In this document: positions 16,144-25,557 of the stretch, in pieces
Position numbering within the stretch: the first letter of the stretch is position 1
Layout of the letters: every line of letters starts with the position of its first letter
IMG/VR virus record: IMGVR_UViG_3300035670_000706
Location: 1-36,065 of that record
DNA length: 36,065 nt
Direction: 5' to 3' (one strand)
Origin: a virus
Taxonomy: Duplodnaviria; Caudoviricetes
Made by a program: the position numbers and the translations under genes
The notes under the pieces: generated by a model
Databases searched by the model: none
The model's input: only the letters and a program-made list of their open reading frames with translations
Told to the model about the DNA's origin: nothing

Positions 16144-17552
16144 TGGACGGATTGACTCAAGTTAAGGCAGTAGCTCTCTCAGCGAAAGAGGCTGTTGCTG
16201 AATCTGAAAAAAAATCATCCGAAGTAAAAACTGAGCTAAAAGCTCAAATTACTGAAATAGAAGCCACTTTAAAAAAACAGATAGCCGATATTGAGGAAAA
16301 TTCAAAAAAATCAATTTCCAAAATTGAAGATGCTATTAATAATGGGTTTTCTAAGGCTTCAAATGAAAAAAAATCAATTTTTAGTGAATCAGAAACTAAA
16401 GCACTAGTAACTTCTTTAATTACACCAACAAATTTAAAAAGTCCAACATTTACTGCTGATGAGCAAAATAATAAATTTTTTAAAAATGGTCAATATAAAG
16501 CATTTATAAATACATCTGATAATTCACATGCTGGTGCATTTTTTAATGGCGAAACTCAATTAGGTAATATTATTGAAAAATTAGCTACTATTAACCCAGT
16601 AATTGATTTAGTTAAAAATATTACTGTTAGTCAAGTTCAAGGTCAATTAGCCCACACTTTAATAGACAGATCAGCTCCTAACTCGGTTAGAGGTAAAATG
16701 TCGGTTGAAGGTTCTGGCGGATCTGAAATGAAAAAACTTAAAGCAAAAAAAGTAAGTTTTTATTTATCAAAATATACTGCTTACAATGTTATTACTTCAG
16801 ATTTTTACAATGCTTTACAAGCAGGTCAATACAATACGGATGTTCTCCTAGAAGAATTTGCCGCTATCGAAGAAAACGATAAAAAAATTAAAGCCGCTTC
16901 AATCTTTAATGGTGAATTATCTAATGGAACTGATGGTATCAAAGGAATTATTCCTTCTGCTCAAGATGCTAACAATAATATTAGAAAATATTTAAGTGCT
17001 GCTCAAGGTGTATTTACTTTTGATGATTTTGATAAATTTATCAAAGGCTTTAAAACACCTTATACTTTAAATCCTAGCTTCTCAGTTCTAATTGATAAAG
17101 GTATTCTTGCCGCTATGTTTAGAACAGAAGGTTCTGACGGACATCAAAAAACAGAAAGATTTGAGTATGTAAATGGTTTAATTAGAATCAAAACTGCACA
17201 AGGTTTAATTCGTGTTATTCCAGTAGATACCAATGAAGTAGCTGGTAATGTGGATGAAAATGATGGATTTGGAAATTATTCTAAATTCAATGATAATTTC
17301 AGTGCTAATGCTTCTAAAGTAACAACTGGTTTTGTAGGAACACCTGCTGATGATGCTGGTAAACTTGCTTGTGTTGCGGGCTTGTTTAATGATGGTTACA
17401 CTTTAGTTAATAGTTCTTTTGTTAAAGTCGGTGTTGACAACAACTTTAAAGATGAACTTATTGACGGGGAATTTGTTATGGGTAAAGTTTCTTATGCTGC
17501 TGGTAATATTAGCAAACAAGAAGCTTTAGGTGTAGCAGTTCTTAAAAATTAA
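16128..17552 (+). CDS. Major capsid protein (HK97-like, N-terminal coiled-coil scaffold)
   Basis: 474 aa directly after the protease; charged helical N-terminus; IFNG...GIKGII motif; divergent. Confidence 0.8.
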   Translation: MHKEIMDGLTQVKAVALSAKEAVAESEKKSSEVKTELKAQITEIEATLKKQIADIEENSKKSISKIEDAINNGFSKASNEKKSIFSESETKALVTSLITPTNLKSPTFTADEQNNKFFKNGQYKAFINTSDNSHAGAFFNGETQLGNIIEKLATINPVIDLVKNITVSQVQGQLAHTLIDRSAPNSVRGKMSVEGSGGSEMKKLKAKKVSFYLSKYTAYNVITSDFYNALQAGQYNTDVLLEEFAAIEENDKKIKAASIFNGELSNGTDGIKGIIPSAQDANNNIRKYLSAAQGVFTFDDFDKFIKGFKTPYTLNPSFSVLIDKGILAAMFRTEGSDGHQKTERFEYVNGLIRIKTAQGLIRVIPVDTNEVAGNVDENDGFGNYSKFNDNFSANASKVTTGFVGTPADDAGKLACVAGLFNDGYTLVNSSFVKVGVDNNFKDELIDGEFVMGKVSYAAGNISKQEALGVAVLKN

Positions 17553-17573
17553 TTTAATTTATAGGTAAATAAT

Positions 17574-18050
17574 ATGAATCCTTTTGATAAATACTCAGCG
17601 GATGTTCTTTTAACTTTAAAAGAAAATACCGCTCTTACTACTGATACTAGCGCAACCCCTTCATTAGCGGTAGCTTTAAAAAATACTAATTTTGGTTCAT
17701 TGGGAGCTAATATAAAAGTATTCTTGGAAGCTGTTAGTCGTTCGGCTGGTTCAGTTGAAATTCTCAATATTCAATTTGACTCAGTAGACACTTTTGATAG
17801 TGCTAATTTGGTAACTTATAGTGCTAGTAATTATAAAACTAAAATTTATGCTAACGATAGAACTATTGATACTGAGCCTTTTACTCAAACTAAATTAAGC
17901 GCCGCTGGTAAATCAGCTATCGCTTTTTCTAGTTTACATGTAACTCCTCAAGAGTTTTGTCGTGTTAATATAAAAACCACTGGCTTTACCGGAACTTATA
18001 GAGTTTCCGCTGTAGCTGGATGCTTAACTGACCCTATTAAACAAGTTTAA
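17574..18050 (+). CDS. Virion protein, possible capsid decoration protein
   Basis: Beta-rich 158 aa ORF right after the capsid gene. Confidence 0.55.
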   Translation: MNPFDKYSADVLLTLKENTALTTDTSATPSLAVALKNTNFGSLGANIKVFLEAVSRSAGSVEILNIQFDSVDTFDSANLVTYSASNYKTKIYANDRTIDTEPFTQTKLSAAGKSAIAFSSLHVTPQEFCRVNIKTTGFTGTYRVSAVAGCLTDPIKQV

Positions 18051-18057
18051 TAATTAT

Positions 18058-18083
18058 TAGTTTTTTCGCCACAAAAACTATTT
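18058..18083 (+). terminator. Weak hairpin, possible attenuator after the capsid genes
   Basis: tagttttt-tcgccac-aaaaacta followed by ttt; AT-rich stem. Confidence 0.35.
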
Positions 18084-18099
18084 AATCTAATTTTATTTT

Positions 18100-18534
18100 A
18101 TGAAAATTAATTCTCTAGATACTGAAAATATTTCTAATGCAACAATTTATAAGTTATCTCAAACTTATATTTTTCCAAATAATGATCCTATTTTGCAAAA
18201 AGGCTTTTATACTGAAAACTTTTTAAAATCAATCTTAAAAGAATCTTTTGAATTTGCTATAAAATGCACTAATTTTAAAGATTTTATCACAGAAGTTAGC
18301 TTAAGTGAAGCTAGGAAAACTAGACAAATCGAAACTCCTGAGGATAGTTTAGCAATCGAAACTCCTGAGGATAATATAGTAATTGAAACTCCTGAGCAAG
18401 ATTTAAATATTGAAACTCCTGAGGATAGTTTAGCAATCGAAACTCCTGAGGACGAAATTAAAATCGAAACTCCTGAGGATAAACTTGCTGTTGAAAACAA
18501 GGAAATAAAATCCAAAAATAAAAAGAATAAATAA
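18100..18534 (+). CDS. Hypothetical protein with six IETPE(D/Q) repeats
   Basis: 144 aa; acidic 9-aa repeat followed by a basic tail. Confidence 0.75.
   Translation: MKINSLDTENISNATIYKLSQTYIFPNNDPILQKGFYTENFLKSILKESFEFAIKCTNFKDFITEVSLSEARKTRQIETPEDSLAIETPEDNIVIETPEQDLNIETPEDSLAIETPEDEIKIETPEDKLAVENKEIKSKNKKNK
18328..18489 (+). repeat. 27-bp coding tandem repeat x6
   Basis: ATYGAAACTCCTGAG core at 18328, 18355, 18382, 18409, 18436 and 18463. Confidence 0.95.
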
Positions 18535-19133
18535 TGTATTTTTATTTTTCCCAACCAATTAAATATAGGCTAGTGACTAATTTATCCCAATTACCACTAG
18601 CTATTTCTTTAAATGATGTTAAGGCTCATTTACGAATAGATTTTACTCAAGAAGATAGTTATTTAACAAATCTTATTAAAACAGCCATTGAGAGATTCGA
18701 AAACATTACCACGATTGATTTAATAACAAAAACTTATAAAACATATTTAGATACTTTCCCTTGTATTCATACTCCAATAAAAATCAAGAGAAGTAAACTA
18801 CAATCAATAATATCTATACAATATTATTTAAATAATGTCTTAACAACATTTGATTCATCAAGTTATTATTTTGATGATAGTAATCAATATTCTCATATTT
18901 TTTTAAAAGAATATAAAGAATACCCATCAACAATTGATAATAAAGCTGATGCAGTTATTATCAATTTTACATCAGGATTTGGCTCAACTGAGGTAGATGT
19001 TCCTTTTACAATTAAACAGGTATTATTAGAATATATTGCATTTCTTTATAAGAATAGGGGAGATGCTTGTTGCAATAATATGGGTATTGCTATGAGTTTT
19101 TTTAATGCAAATCAAATAGAACCTTTTGTATGA
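18534..19133 (+). CDS. Head-tail connector/adaptor (HK97 gp6-like)
   Basis: ISLNDVKAHLRID...EDSYLTNLIKTA and VPFTIKQVLLEYIAFLYKNRG. Confidence 0.9.
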   Translation: MYFYFSQPIKYRLVTNLSQLPLAISLNDVKAHLRIDFTQEDSYLTNLIKTAIERFENITTIDLITKTYKTYLDTFPCIHTPIKIKRSKLQSIISIQYYLNNVLTTFDSSSYYFDDSNQYSHIFLKEYKEYPSTIDNKADAVIINFTSGFGSTEVDVPFTIKQVLLEYIAFLYKNRGDACCNNMGIAMSFFNANQIEPFV

Positions 19134-19542
19134 TATGGACAATAATTCTTGCAAATTTATCACCAAACCAAAAAGAAATATCCAAATAGGTGATTTAAAT
19201 ATACCAATCCAAATAATTACTCGAATAAAAAAAGCTAACAACACAAACACTCAAGATGTTTTGATTGATCAAGAAAATCTAATAGCTAATACTTGGGCTT
19301 TACAAATTAGTGTTAATGGAGAAGATGTTTTTAATGGCACTAATATTCTTGGTAAAGTTACTGACCATTTTTACATAAGAAGGGACTCTTCGAAAATTAT
19401 TAAATTAGAAAATATGGTTATTTGTCGAGGTGAAGCTTATAAAATATTAGAAGTTATGCCAAATTTACATGGTGAAAATATTTTTGCAATGCTAAAATGC
19501 TCTCATAATGGCTCTGTCAATGTTAATTTAAATATTATATGA
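19126..19542 (+). CDS. Head closure / head-tail joining protein
   Basis: IGDLNIPIQI...TWA...TDHFYIR...GEAYKILEV pattern; synteny. Confidence 0.75.
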   Translation: MYDMDNNSCKFITKPKRNIQIGDLNIPIQIITRIKKANNTNTQDVLIDQENLIANTWALQISVNGEDVFNGTNILGKVTDHFYIRRDSSKIIKLENMVICRGEAYKILEVMPNLHGENIFAMLKCSHNGSVNVNLNII

Positions 19543-20102
19543 ACATAGAAATTAACTTAAGCCAAAAAAATAGTCAAAAAATTACAGACAAAATACAGAA
19601 AGCCATAGAAAATGGTATTAAGACTGGATTAAGACATTCTGGTAATTACATGGTAAAAGAAGTTAGAAGACAAATGGAGCTTCCTAAAACTGGAAATACC
19701 TATATTTTTTATAAAACAAAAGGGAGAAAAAAAATTCAAAGAGAAAGAACTCAGTCATCTAAATATTCGACAATCTCTACTTCAAGTAAAATATTAAGAT
19801 ACCCAGCTCCTAAAGGATTAAAAATCGCTGCAGGAAGTAGTTATACCCATAAGGCATCAAATTCAAGCGGAGAGGAAAGTTCAGCAGTTTTAACTGGTAA
19901 ATTAAGTAAAAGTGTTTACACTAAGAGTCATGGGGCTAATAAACAGATTATTGGGGCAACTGCCAAACATGCCTCTTTGCAAGAGTTTGGAACTGATAAA
20001 ATCGCTCCAAGAAACAATATTAGAAGACCATTGGCACAAAATAGAACATTGATTGCAACAAAAATTCGTAATGCAATTACTAATAATATAAAAAATATAT
20101 AG
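19539..20102 (+). CDS. Neck protein (HK97 gp10-like)
   Basis: HKAS..GE..AVLTGKLSKS and LQEFGTDKIAPR. Confidence 0.8.
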   Translation: MNIEINLSQKNSQKITDKIQKAIENGIKTGLRHSGNYMVKEVRRQMELPKTGNTYIFYKTKGRKKIQRERTQSSKYSTISTSSKILRYPAPKGLKIAAGSSYTHKASNSSGEESSAVLTGKLSKSVYTKSHGANKQIIGATAKHASLQEFGTDKIAPRNNIRRPLAQNRTLIATKIRNAITNNIKNI

Positions 20103-20103
20103 C

Positions 20104-21417
20104 ATGAAAACAGAAAAGATTGTTCACCATTTAAAAGCTGTATTGCCCAAATATACTGATGACTTTTCTGATAGTATTAACATAACTAATGTGACCACAA
20201 ATGGAAACAATATCACATACACACTAAGTGCAAATCATCACTTACAAAATAATGATACTTTTTTAGTTTGTGATATTAAAAATTATTATAACATAATTTC
20301 TTTAAAAAAATACAACAATATTGCAATTGCACTGACTGACTCTGCTCATAATATAATAAAAACCCAAAGTAAGGTTGAGATTGCTGGTGCAAGTGATGTA
20401 AAGTATAATGGAATTAAAGATTTATATAGTTTATCAAGTTTGACTTTTAAAGTATCCTCATTTATTGTTAACAATAATGATACCATTACAATAACAACAA
20501 CTGAAAATAATCCATTTATAGTAAATCAAAATTATAAAATAAATGTTAATAATAATTTTGTTTCTGTTAAGTCTATAGTTAATTCAACAACATTTACAAT
20601 CGATAATTTTTTTGGAATTGCCTCAGATACAAAATTAACTGAGGTTATATTGCCAGCTTCAAATCATTTGTTTTTTTATATAATAGACCAAACCGCAAAT
20701 GAAAACCCTACGGGTTCTATAAAATTATTAGAAAAAAGAAACTATGGTTATAATGGATATAAATTAGTCGCATCACATACTCATAATACAATTACTTGTG
20801 TTGCTAGCAATTTATATGGTCAGCCATATATAGCAAATAATTTAGCTGGTGTATTAAAAGAAAATATTAGAATAATCGGGGTATCTGACTATGAAAGAGC
20901 TAAAGAAATATTTTTAGGTGGTATCGATGCTACAAATCAAGCAAAATCTTGGTTATTTGTTTATACATTGGCAAGAATGGCGGGAAAAGATCCAAATGGT
21001 AAAACCGATATAAATGTTGAAAATTTTTTAGGAACAAATCTTAGTGTAAAATTAATCCAAGGATTAGAATTGTGTGCCATGATAAATTTAGGCGAATCAG
21101 CAAGCTCAATTGGTTTAGCTTATGAAAAAGATAAGGTATCTGATTATTTGGTTGCAATATGCAAATCTATTGCTGGATACATACCTGATTCCCCGTTCGG
21201 AAATGTTGGCTATCACAAGCTTACACCAATTGTTGATCAAATTAAAGAATCTGAAAAATCTTTTTACTCTCATGTGTTTTTATTTGAAACCGCTATTGAC
21301 TTTACTAACGATTTAGAAATCGCTGAATATGACACAACAGCATTAACAAATATAGCTTTTGATTTAAAAGATGCAAATAATAGTAACACGATGTTTAATT
21401 TAAATCTAAGTTTTTAA
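20104..21417 (+). CDS. Probable tail completion/terminator protein with inserted beta-rich domains
   Basis: Last neck gene before the sheath module; residues about 25-241 are repeated beta-rich modules. Confidence 0.6.
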   Translation: MKTEKIVHHLKAVLPKYTDDFSDSINITNVTTNGNNITYTLSANHHLQNNDTFLVCDIKNYYNIISLKKYNNIAIALTDSAHNIIKTQSKVEIAGASDVKYNGIKDLYSLSSLTFKVSSFIVNNNDTITITTTENNPFIVNQNYKINVNNNFVSVKSIVNSTTFTIDNFFGIASDTKLTEVILPASNHLFFYIIDQTANENPTGSIKLLEKRNYGYNGYKLVASHTHNTITCVASNLYGQPYIANNLAGVLKENIRIIGVSDYERAKEIFLGGIDATNQAKSWLFVYTLARMAGKDPNGKTDINVENFLGTNLSVKLIQGLELCAMINLGESASSIGLAYEKDKVSDYLVAICKSIAGYIPDSPFGNVGYHKLTPIVDQIKESEKSFYSHVFLFETAIDFTNDLEIAEYDTTALTNIAFDLKDANNSNTMFNLNLSF

Positions 21418-22892
21418 ACACACATTGTAAAATATTCAAATATTGTATTTTGGTCTTTATACCAATTTGCGAATTGACCAAGACAATCCACCATATCATC
21501 ATGCCTACCTTTAGGAAATTGCATTAATTCATTTTCAAAATCAGGATACCAAGTTGCATCTCTTGGAAAGTAGTAGCTTTTATCGGCAAAGTTTCCAGTT
21601 GCGGTATCGAATCGAATTTCTTTGTTTATGCCTTTATGTTTAATTGGTATTATTCTTACATCATAAAGCCTGTTTTCTTTTATAAATTCTTGTAGTAAAC
21701 TTGAACCTGTATTTGCATCCTCAATTATTAAATCTGTGGCTTTATGCCCATTGAGACAAAACTTTATTAATTCTTCGCGAGTTTCTGGGTAAACTTTTCG
21801 TTCACAATAACAATCAATTAAAAATTTAGAATTGTTTACTATTCCAAATTTTAAAAAAGCACTAGGGTCATTAATCTCATTAGGTTTTTGAGCTGAGTCA
21901 ACTGAGACCACAACTCTTTCAAATTTCATATAGGGAACTTTAGATATTTCAAACGGCTGAAACCAGTCCATATTAACTCTATCTTGTGTTTTAGCTAATG
22001 GATTTTGCATATATTGAGCAAAAAATACTTCTTTACCATTTGCTATACCAGTCTCAGGGTCAACCACAGAGTTTCTTTTAATTTCAATCTCTTCCCATGT
22101 TAAATAAGGAGACAATAGTTCGTTTTTTTCAAAGTAGAATTTTTTATTACCAATTTCTATAGTTGTTTCATTTTCAAAATATGCTGGCAAGGAAATAACT
22201 TTATATTGACCCGGTCTAGTTCTGCTTAAGTAACCAGTTAAGTCAAATATGCTTAATCTTTGCTCTATAATCAATACTTTTCCAGTTAGTTTATCAACCC
22301 TTTCATAAAATGCCTCATCCCAGTTTTTAAGGGCTTTTGTCCTTTCAGCCTCTGACCTAATCATAATAGATGACATATAATCATCTGGTATTAAAAAATC
22401 GCATCTTTCTCCTGTTATATTTCCTAAGGTAGAAAAACCCTGTCTTTCTCCTCCAACTGATGTTTTTATATGGTTTTCTGTATCTTTGTTAATAATTATA
22501 TCGGGAAAAATTTTATTATATTTTTGAGATTTCATAATAAGCTTTGTCCAGCCAACATTTCTAGTTACAAGCTTGTCAGTGTTCGATATACCAAAAATTC
22601 TTTCGCTTGCATTTCTTCCTATATGCCAAGCTGGTAAAGCGGCTGATAAAATCGTCGATTTCATTAATCCAGGTGGAATATTAACAATAACTCTATGCCA
22701 TCCTTTTGTTCCTTTAGAAACTATTTCAGCTACCGCACAAAGAATTTCTGTTGATTTGGATGTTTTGATTTGTTTTGAGGGAAATATCGCAGGAAAGGCT
22801 ACATTGCAAAAGAAGTCATAAAAACTTTCTTTATAAATGTTATTAGATTGTTGACTTACTATTTTATCAACTAATCGAGGATTTATATCCAT
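21414..22892 (-). CDS. terL: Terminase large subunit (antisense, displaced)
   Basis: Walker A-type VNIPPGLMKST, ITGERCDFLIPDD, AQYMQNP; nuclease motifs SVDSA, NDPSA, IIED, FPKGRHDDMVD. Confidence 0.95.
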   Translation of the reverse strand: MDINPRLVDKIVSQQSNNIYKESFYDFFCNVAFPAIFPSKQIKTSKSTEILCAVAEIVSKGTKGWHRVIVNIPPGLMKSTILSAALPAWHIGRNASERIFGISNTDKLVTRNVGWTKLIMKSQKYNKIFPDIIINKDTENHIKTSVGGERQGFSTLGNITGERCDFLIPDDYMSSIMIRSEAERTKALKNWDEAFYERVDKLTGKVLIIEQRLSIFDLTGYLSRTRPGQYKVISLPAYFENETTIEIGNKKFYFEKNELLSPYLTWEEIEIKRNSVVDPETGIANGKEVFFAQYMQNPLAKTQDRVNMDWFQPFEISKVPYMKFERVVVSVDSAQKPNEINDPSAFLKFGIVNNSKFLIDCYCERKVYPETREELIKFCLNGHKATDLIIEDANTGSSLLQEFIKENRLYDVRIIPIKHKGINKEIRFDTATGNFADKSYYFPRDATWYPDFENELMQFPKGRHDDMVDCLGQFANWYKDQNTIFEYFTMCV

Positions 22893-22923
22893 ATATTAGA
22901 CTCTTAATGTTATCTGTGTTGAC
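22886..22923. repeat. 38-bp imperfect direct repeat, copy 2
   Basis: tatccatatattagactcttaatgttatctgtgttgac. Confidence 0.9.
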
Positions 22924-22965
22924 TTAATTTTATTTTTAGTGTATTTTGTTAGTTATTAAAATCAA
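22919..22965. promoter_or_regulatory. Overlapping divergent promoters (terL versus tail operon)
   Basis: Plus strand: TTGACT-17-TATTTT (22919-22947). Minus strand: TTGATT-16-TACACT (22965-22938). Confidence 0.5.
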
Positions 22966-22982
22966 TCTTTTTTTAAAACAAC

Positions 22983-23177
22983 ATGAAAGCAATATTAAAA
23001 TTTTTAATAAATTTTTATCATCCAAGTGGAAAACAATATCTAGTTGGTGATGAAATTGAAATTGATGTTGATTCCGAAAATACTCCTCTTGATGGTTTTT
23101 GGTATGAACAAATAAAACATAACAATGGTCATTTTTCTTTAACAAAAAAGGAAAATAAAACAAAAAAACAAAATTAA
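22983..23177 (+). CDS. Small protein upstream of the sheath gene
   Basis: 64 aa; a small gene in this position is usual in Mu-like tail modules. Confidence 0.7.
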   Translation: MKAILKFLINFYHPSGKQYLVGDEIEIDVDSENTPLDGFWYEQIKHNNGHFSLTKKENKTKKQN

Positions 23178-23183
23178 TAAAAT

Positions 23184-24713
23184 ATGTCAGAAACCTATCC
23201 TAATGTAAATATACAACTTATTTCAGGACAAGCATTATTTGGTCTTGATTTAAGGCAACAATTAATTTTGGCTCAAGGAATTTCTAGTGGTAGTTTTACC
23301 TCTGGAAATCTTATAACAAATGTTCCAACCTCAATTGATGAGCTAAAAGCATTATGCGGAGCTGGTTCTCAAGCATACCTCGCTATAAAAGCTTTTAGAG
23401 AAGTAAACAAGCTATCGCCACTTAGTGCAATAATTGTTTCTGATAATGCCTCTGGTGTAGCAGCAACTGGTTCAATTGCTTTAACAACTTCTGGTATTAA
23501 AAATGGAAAAGCTGTTTTTATTATTGGCTCAGGATATTTAAATAGATATGAAATCGATGTTTTGTCAACAGCAACAGCTACTTCAATAGGAGATACTTTA
23601 GCCACATTAGTTAATGCTGATGAAAACTCTCCAGTGACCGCATCAAATACAACTGGCACAATTACATTTACTGCCAAAAATAAAGGCACTGAAGCTAATC
23701 AGTTTTCTATTTATGCCGAATCTTTGCCAAGTGGTGTCAATGCTACAATTACTGCATTTTCTGGCGGTGCAACTGACCCGGTAATTACAAATGTTTTAAA
23801 TAAAATTAAAGAAGCGAGATATGATATTGCTACTCAAAAATGTTTTTTAACAGAAGTAAAAAATAATTTAGAAGCAAAATTTAACACAATAAATCAAACT
23901 TTAGAATCTTATGCGGTTATTACTCAAGTTAATAGTTATGCCGATGCACAAACCGCATTAACTAATTTAGCCTCTAAGGTAATAAACAATGTGTTTATAA
24001 AAGTTGCTAACGAACCTAACATAAAAGGTTCTTCAATACTAGAATTGCCTATAGTTCTTTCTGCTAGATTACTTGCAACTGACTCATTAAGATTAATACC
24101 AGAGTCTCCGATTGCTAACTTTATGCAAGGAACAAATGTATCTGGTGGTCTAAATAAAGTAGCAGTGCCATATCATAGTGTTAAGTTGCTTAATGTGTCT
24201 AAAATACTAGTTGGTCTAAACTGGTCATTTGAAGAAAAAACTGGCATAGAAAATTTAGGTGGTTCTGTTTTAGCTATGGATGATTCAAATTTAAATGTAG
24301 TCACTAGAGCTAGATTTATGACTTGCTATAAAAAAGCAAACACAACTAATGATGGTCAAACATTTATAAATTTAAATAAATTTTTAAATTCAGCCATTGT
24401 TAAAGAATATCTTTACAAGCAATGGAAAAAAACATATGCACAGGCAGTCTTAATTAATGGAACACCTCCAACAACAGTTAATGATGTAATTTATGTAAAC
24501 AAAAAATCAGCTAAACTATTTATAACTTCTTTATTTAAAGAAATGTCAAATCTTGGTATAGTTGATTTTGATGATGGAGCATTACTTACCGAGTTTGAAT
24601 CTAATTTAATCATAAATATAAATACTGCAACAAACACAATGACTGGTGCGGCTTCTTATAAAAATATGGGTCAATTAGAAAATATTCAATTTAATTTAAC
24701 GGCAAATTCATAA
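23184..24713 (+). CDS. Contractile tail sheath protein (Mu gpL-like)
   Basis: LCGAGSQA, GVAATGSI, SPVTA...ITFTAKNKGTEAN, FSGGATDP. Confidence 0.9.
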   Translation: MSETYPNVNIQLISGQALFGLDLRQQLILAQGISSGSFTSGNLITNVPTSIDELKALCGAGSQAYLAIKAFREVNKLSPLSAIIVSDNASGVAATGSIALTTSGIKNGKAVFIIGSGYLNRYEIDVLSTATATSIGDTLATLVNADENSPVTASNTTGTITFTAKNKGTEANQFSIYAESLPSGVNATITAFSGGATDPVITNVLNKIKEARYDIATQKCFLTEVKNNLEAKFNTINQTLESYAVITQVNSYADAQTALTNLASKVINNVFIKVANEPNIKGSSILELPIVLSARLLATDSLRLIPESPIANFMQGTNVSGGLNKVAVPYHSVKLLNVSKILVGLNWSFEEKTGIENLGGSVLAMDDSNLNVVTRARFMTCYKKANTTNDGQTFINLNKFLNSAIVKEYLYKQWKKTYAQAVLINGTPPTTVNDVIYVNKKSAKLFITSLFKEMSNLGIVDFDDGALLTEFESNLIININTATNTMTGAASYKNMGQLENIQFNLTANS

Positions 24714-24719
24714 AAATTT

Positions 24720-25133
24720 ATGTCAACATTACCTTATATACCAAAAGTTCAACTTGACGGAGTTGATTTATTTATAGATTTAAACACTTTAAGTGTTACT
24801 ACTGGAACCATTACTTACGATCAGATTCCTCAAGTCAATGGTTCTCAAATAAAAGTAACCAATATTCCAAACTTTGCAAATACATTTGGGGCGGTATCTT
24901 TTACTATTAGAATGAATGCAAATACTGGTTTAGCTAATCCATTATTATTTTTTAAATCTTTAAAAAATAGACACGATATTAAAATTAATATTTTTTCTGA
25001 ACAAGCCGATGGTGTTGGTAGCTTAACTTATTCAAACATGACTTTAGTTAATGATATTGCAAATTTAACTTTAGGTGCGGATTCGAGTGTTTCATTTCAA
25101 TTTAGTGGAGAACCAGCCCTTATTCAATCTTAA
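24720..25133 (+). CDS. Tail tube protein
   Basis: 137 aa, beta-rich, directly after the sheath; ends SFQFSGEPA. Confidence 0.8.
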   Translation: MSTLPYIPKVQLDGVDLFIDLNTLSVTTGTITYDQIPQVNGSQIKVTNIPNFANTFGAVSFTIRMNANTGLANPLLFFKSLKNRHDIKINIFSEQADGVGSLTYSNMTLVNDIANLTLGADSSVSFQFSGEPALIQS

Positions 25134-25146
25134 ATAAAATTATAAT

Positions 25147-25557
25147 ATGTCAAATTATTTCACAACTGGAATTGTAATAGATTCAATAAATTTACTTTCT
25201 AATGAAAACAAAGATGAAAACGGAAAAAGTGAAGTTAAACAAAAAATTGAATTTGAATGGAGTTTCACAATTCCTGGGACTCAAGAAGTTCAAAAAACTA
25301 AATCAATCACATTAAAACCAATTCCAACAGCTCATGGAAAAGAACTAGAGGATAAATTAGCTGAAAACATTGATAAAACTGATATTAATGCAGTATTGGT
25401 TTATTTAATTAAAATGAAATTAATCACTCCCACTAGTAACAAAGAAGGAGTTTTAAATTTAGAATTTGTTCCTTATCAAATATCAAAACTTTTATTTTAT
25501 AAATATGTAACAAGTTTTTTGTTGGCTTACAACTTAGAATTGGCAGAAAGGAACTAA
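25147..25557 (+). CDS. Tail assembly chaperone (short form)
   Basis: Lies between tube and tape measure; slippery TTTTTTG near the 3' end. Confidence 0.75.
   Translation: MSNYFTTGIVIDSINLLSNENKDENGKSEVKQKIEFEWSFTIPGTQEVQKTKSITLKPIPTAHGKELEDKLAENIDKTDINAVLVYLIKMKLITPTSNKEGVLNLEFVPYQISKLLFYKYVTSFLLAYNLELAERN

Noticed and set aside
18328-18489. 27-bp repeats as a CRISPR array
   Set aside because: The units are in-frame coding repeats with only about 12-nt variable parts, and no cas genes are present.
15288-22923. 38-bp repeats as invertase sites explaining the terL orientation
   Set aside because: The copies are direct rather than inverted, do not flank terL alone, and no recombinase is in the window.
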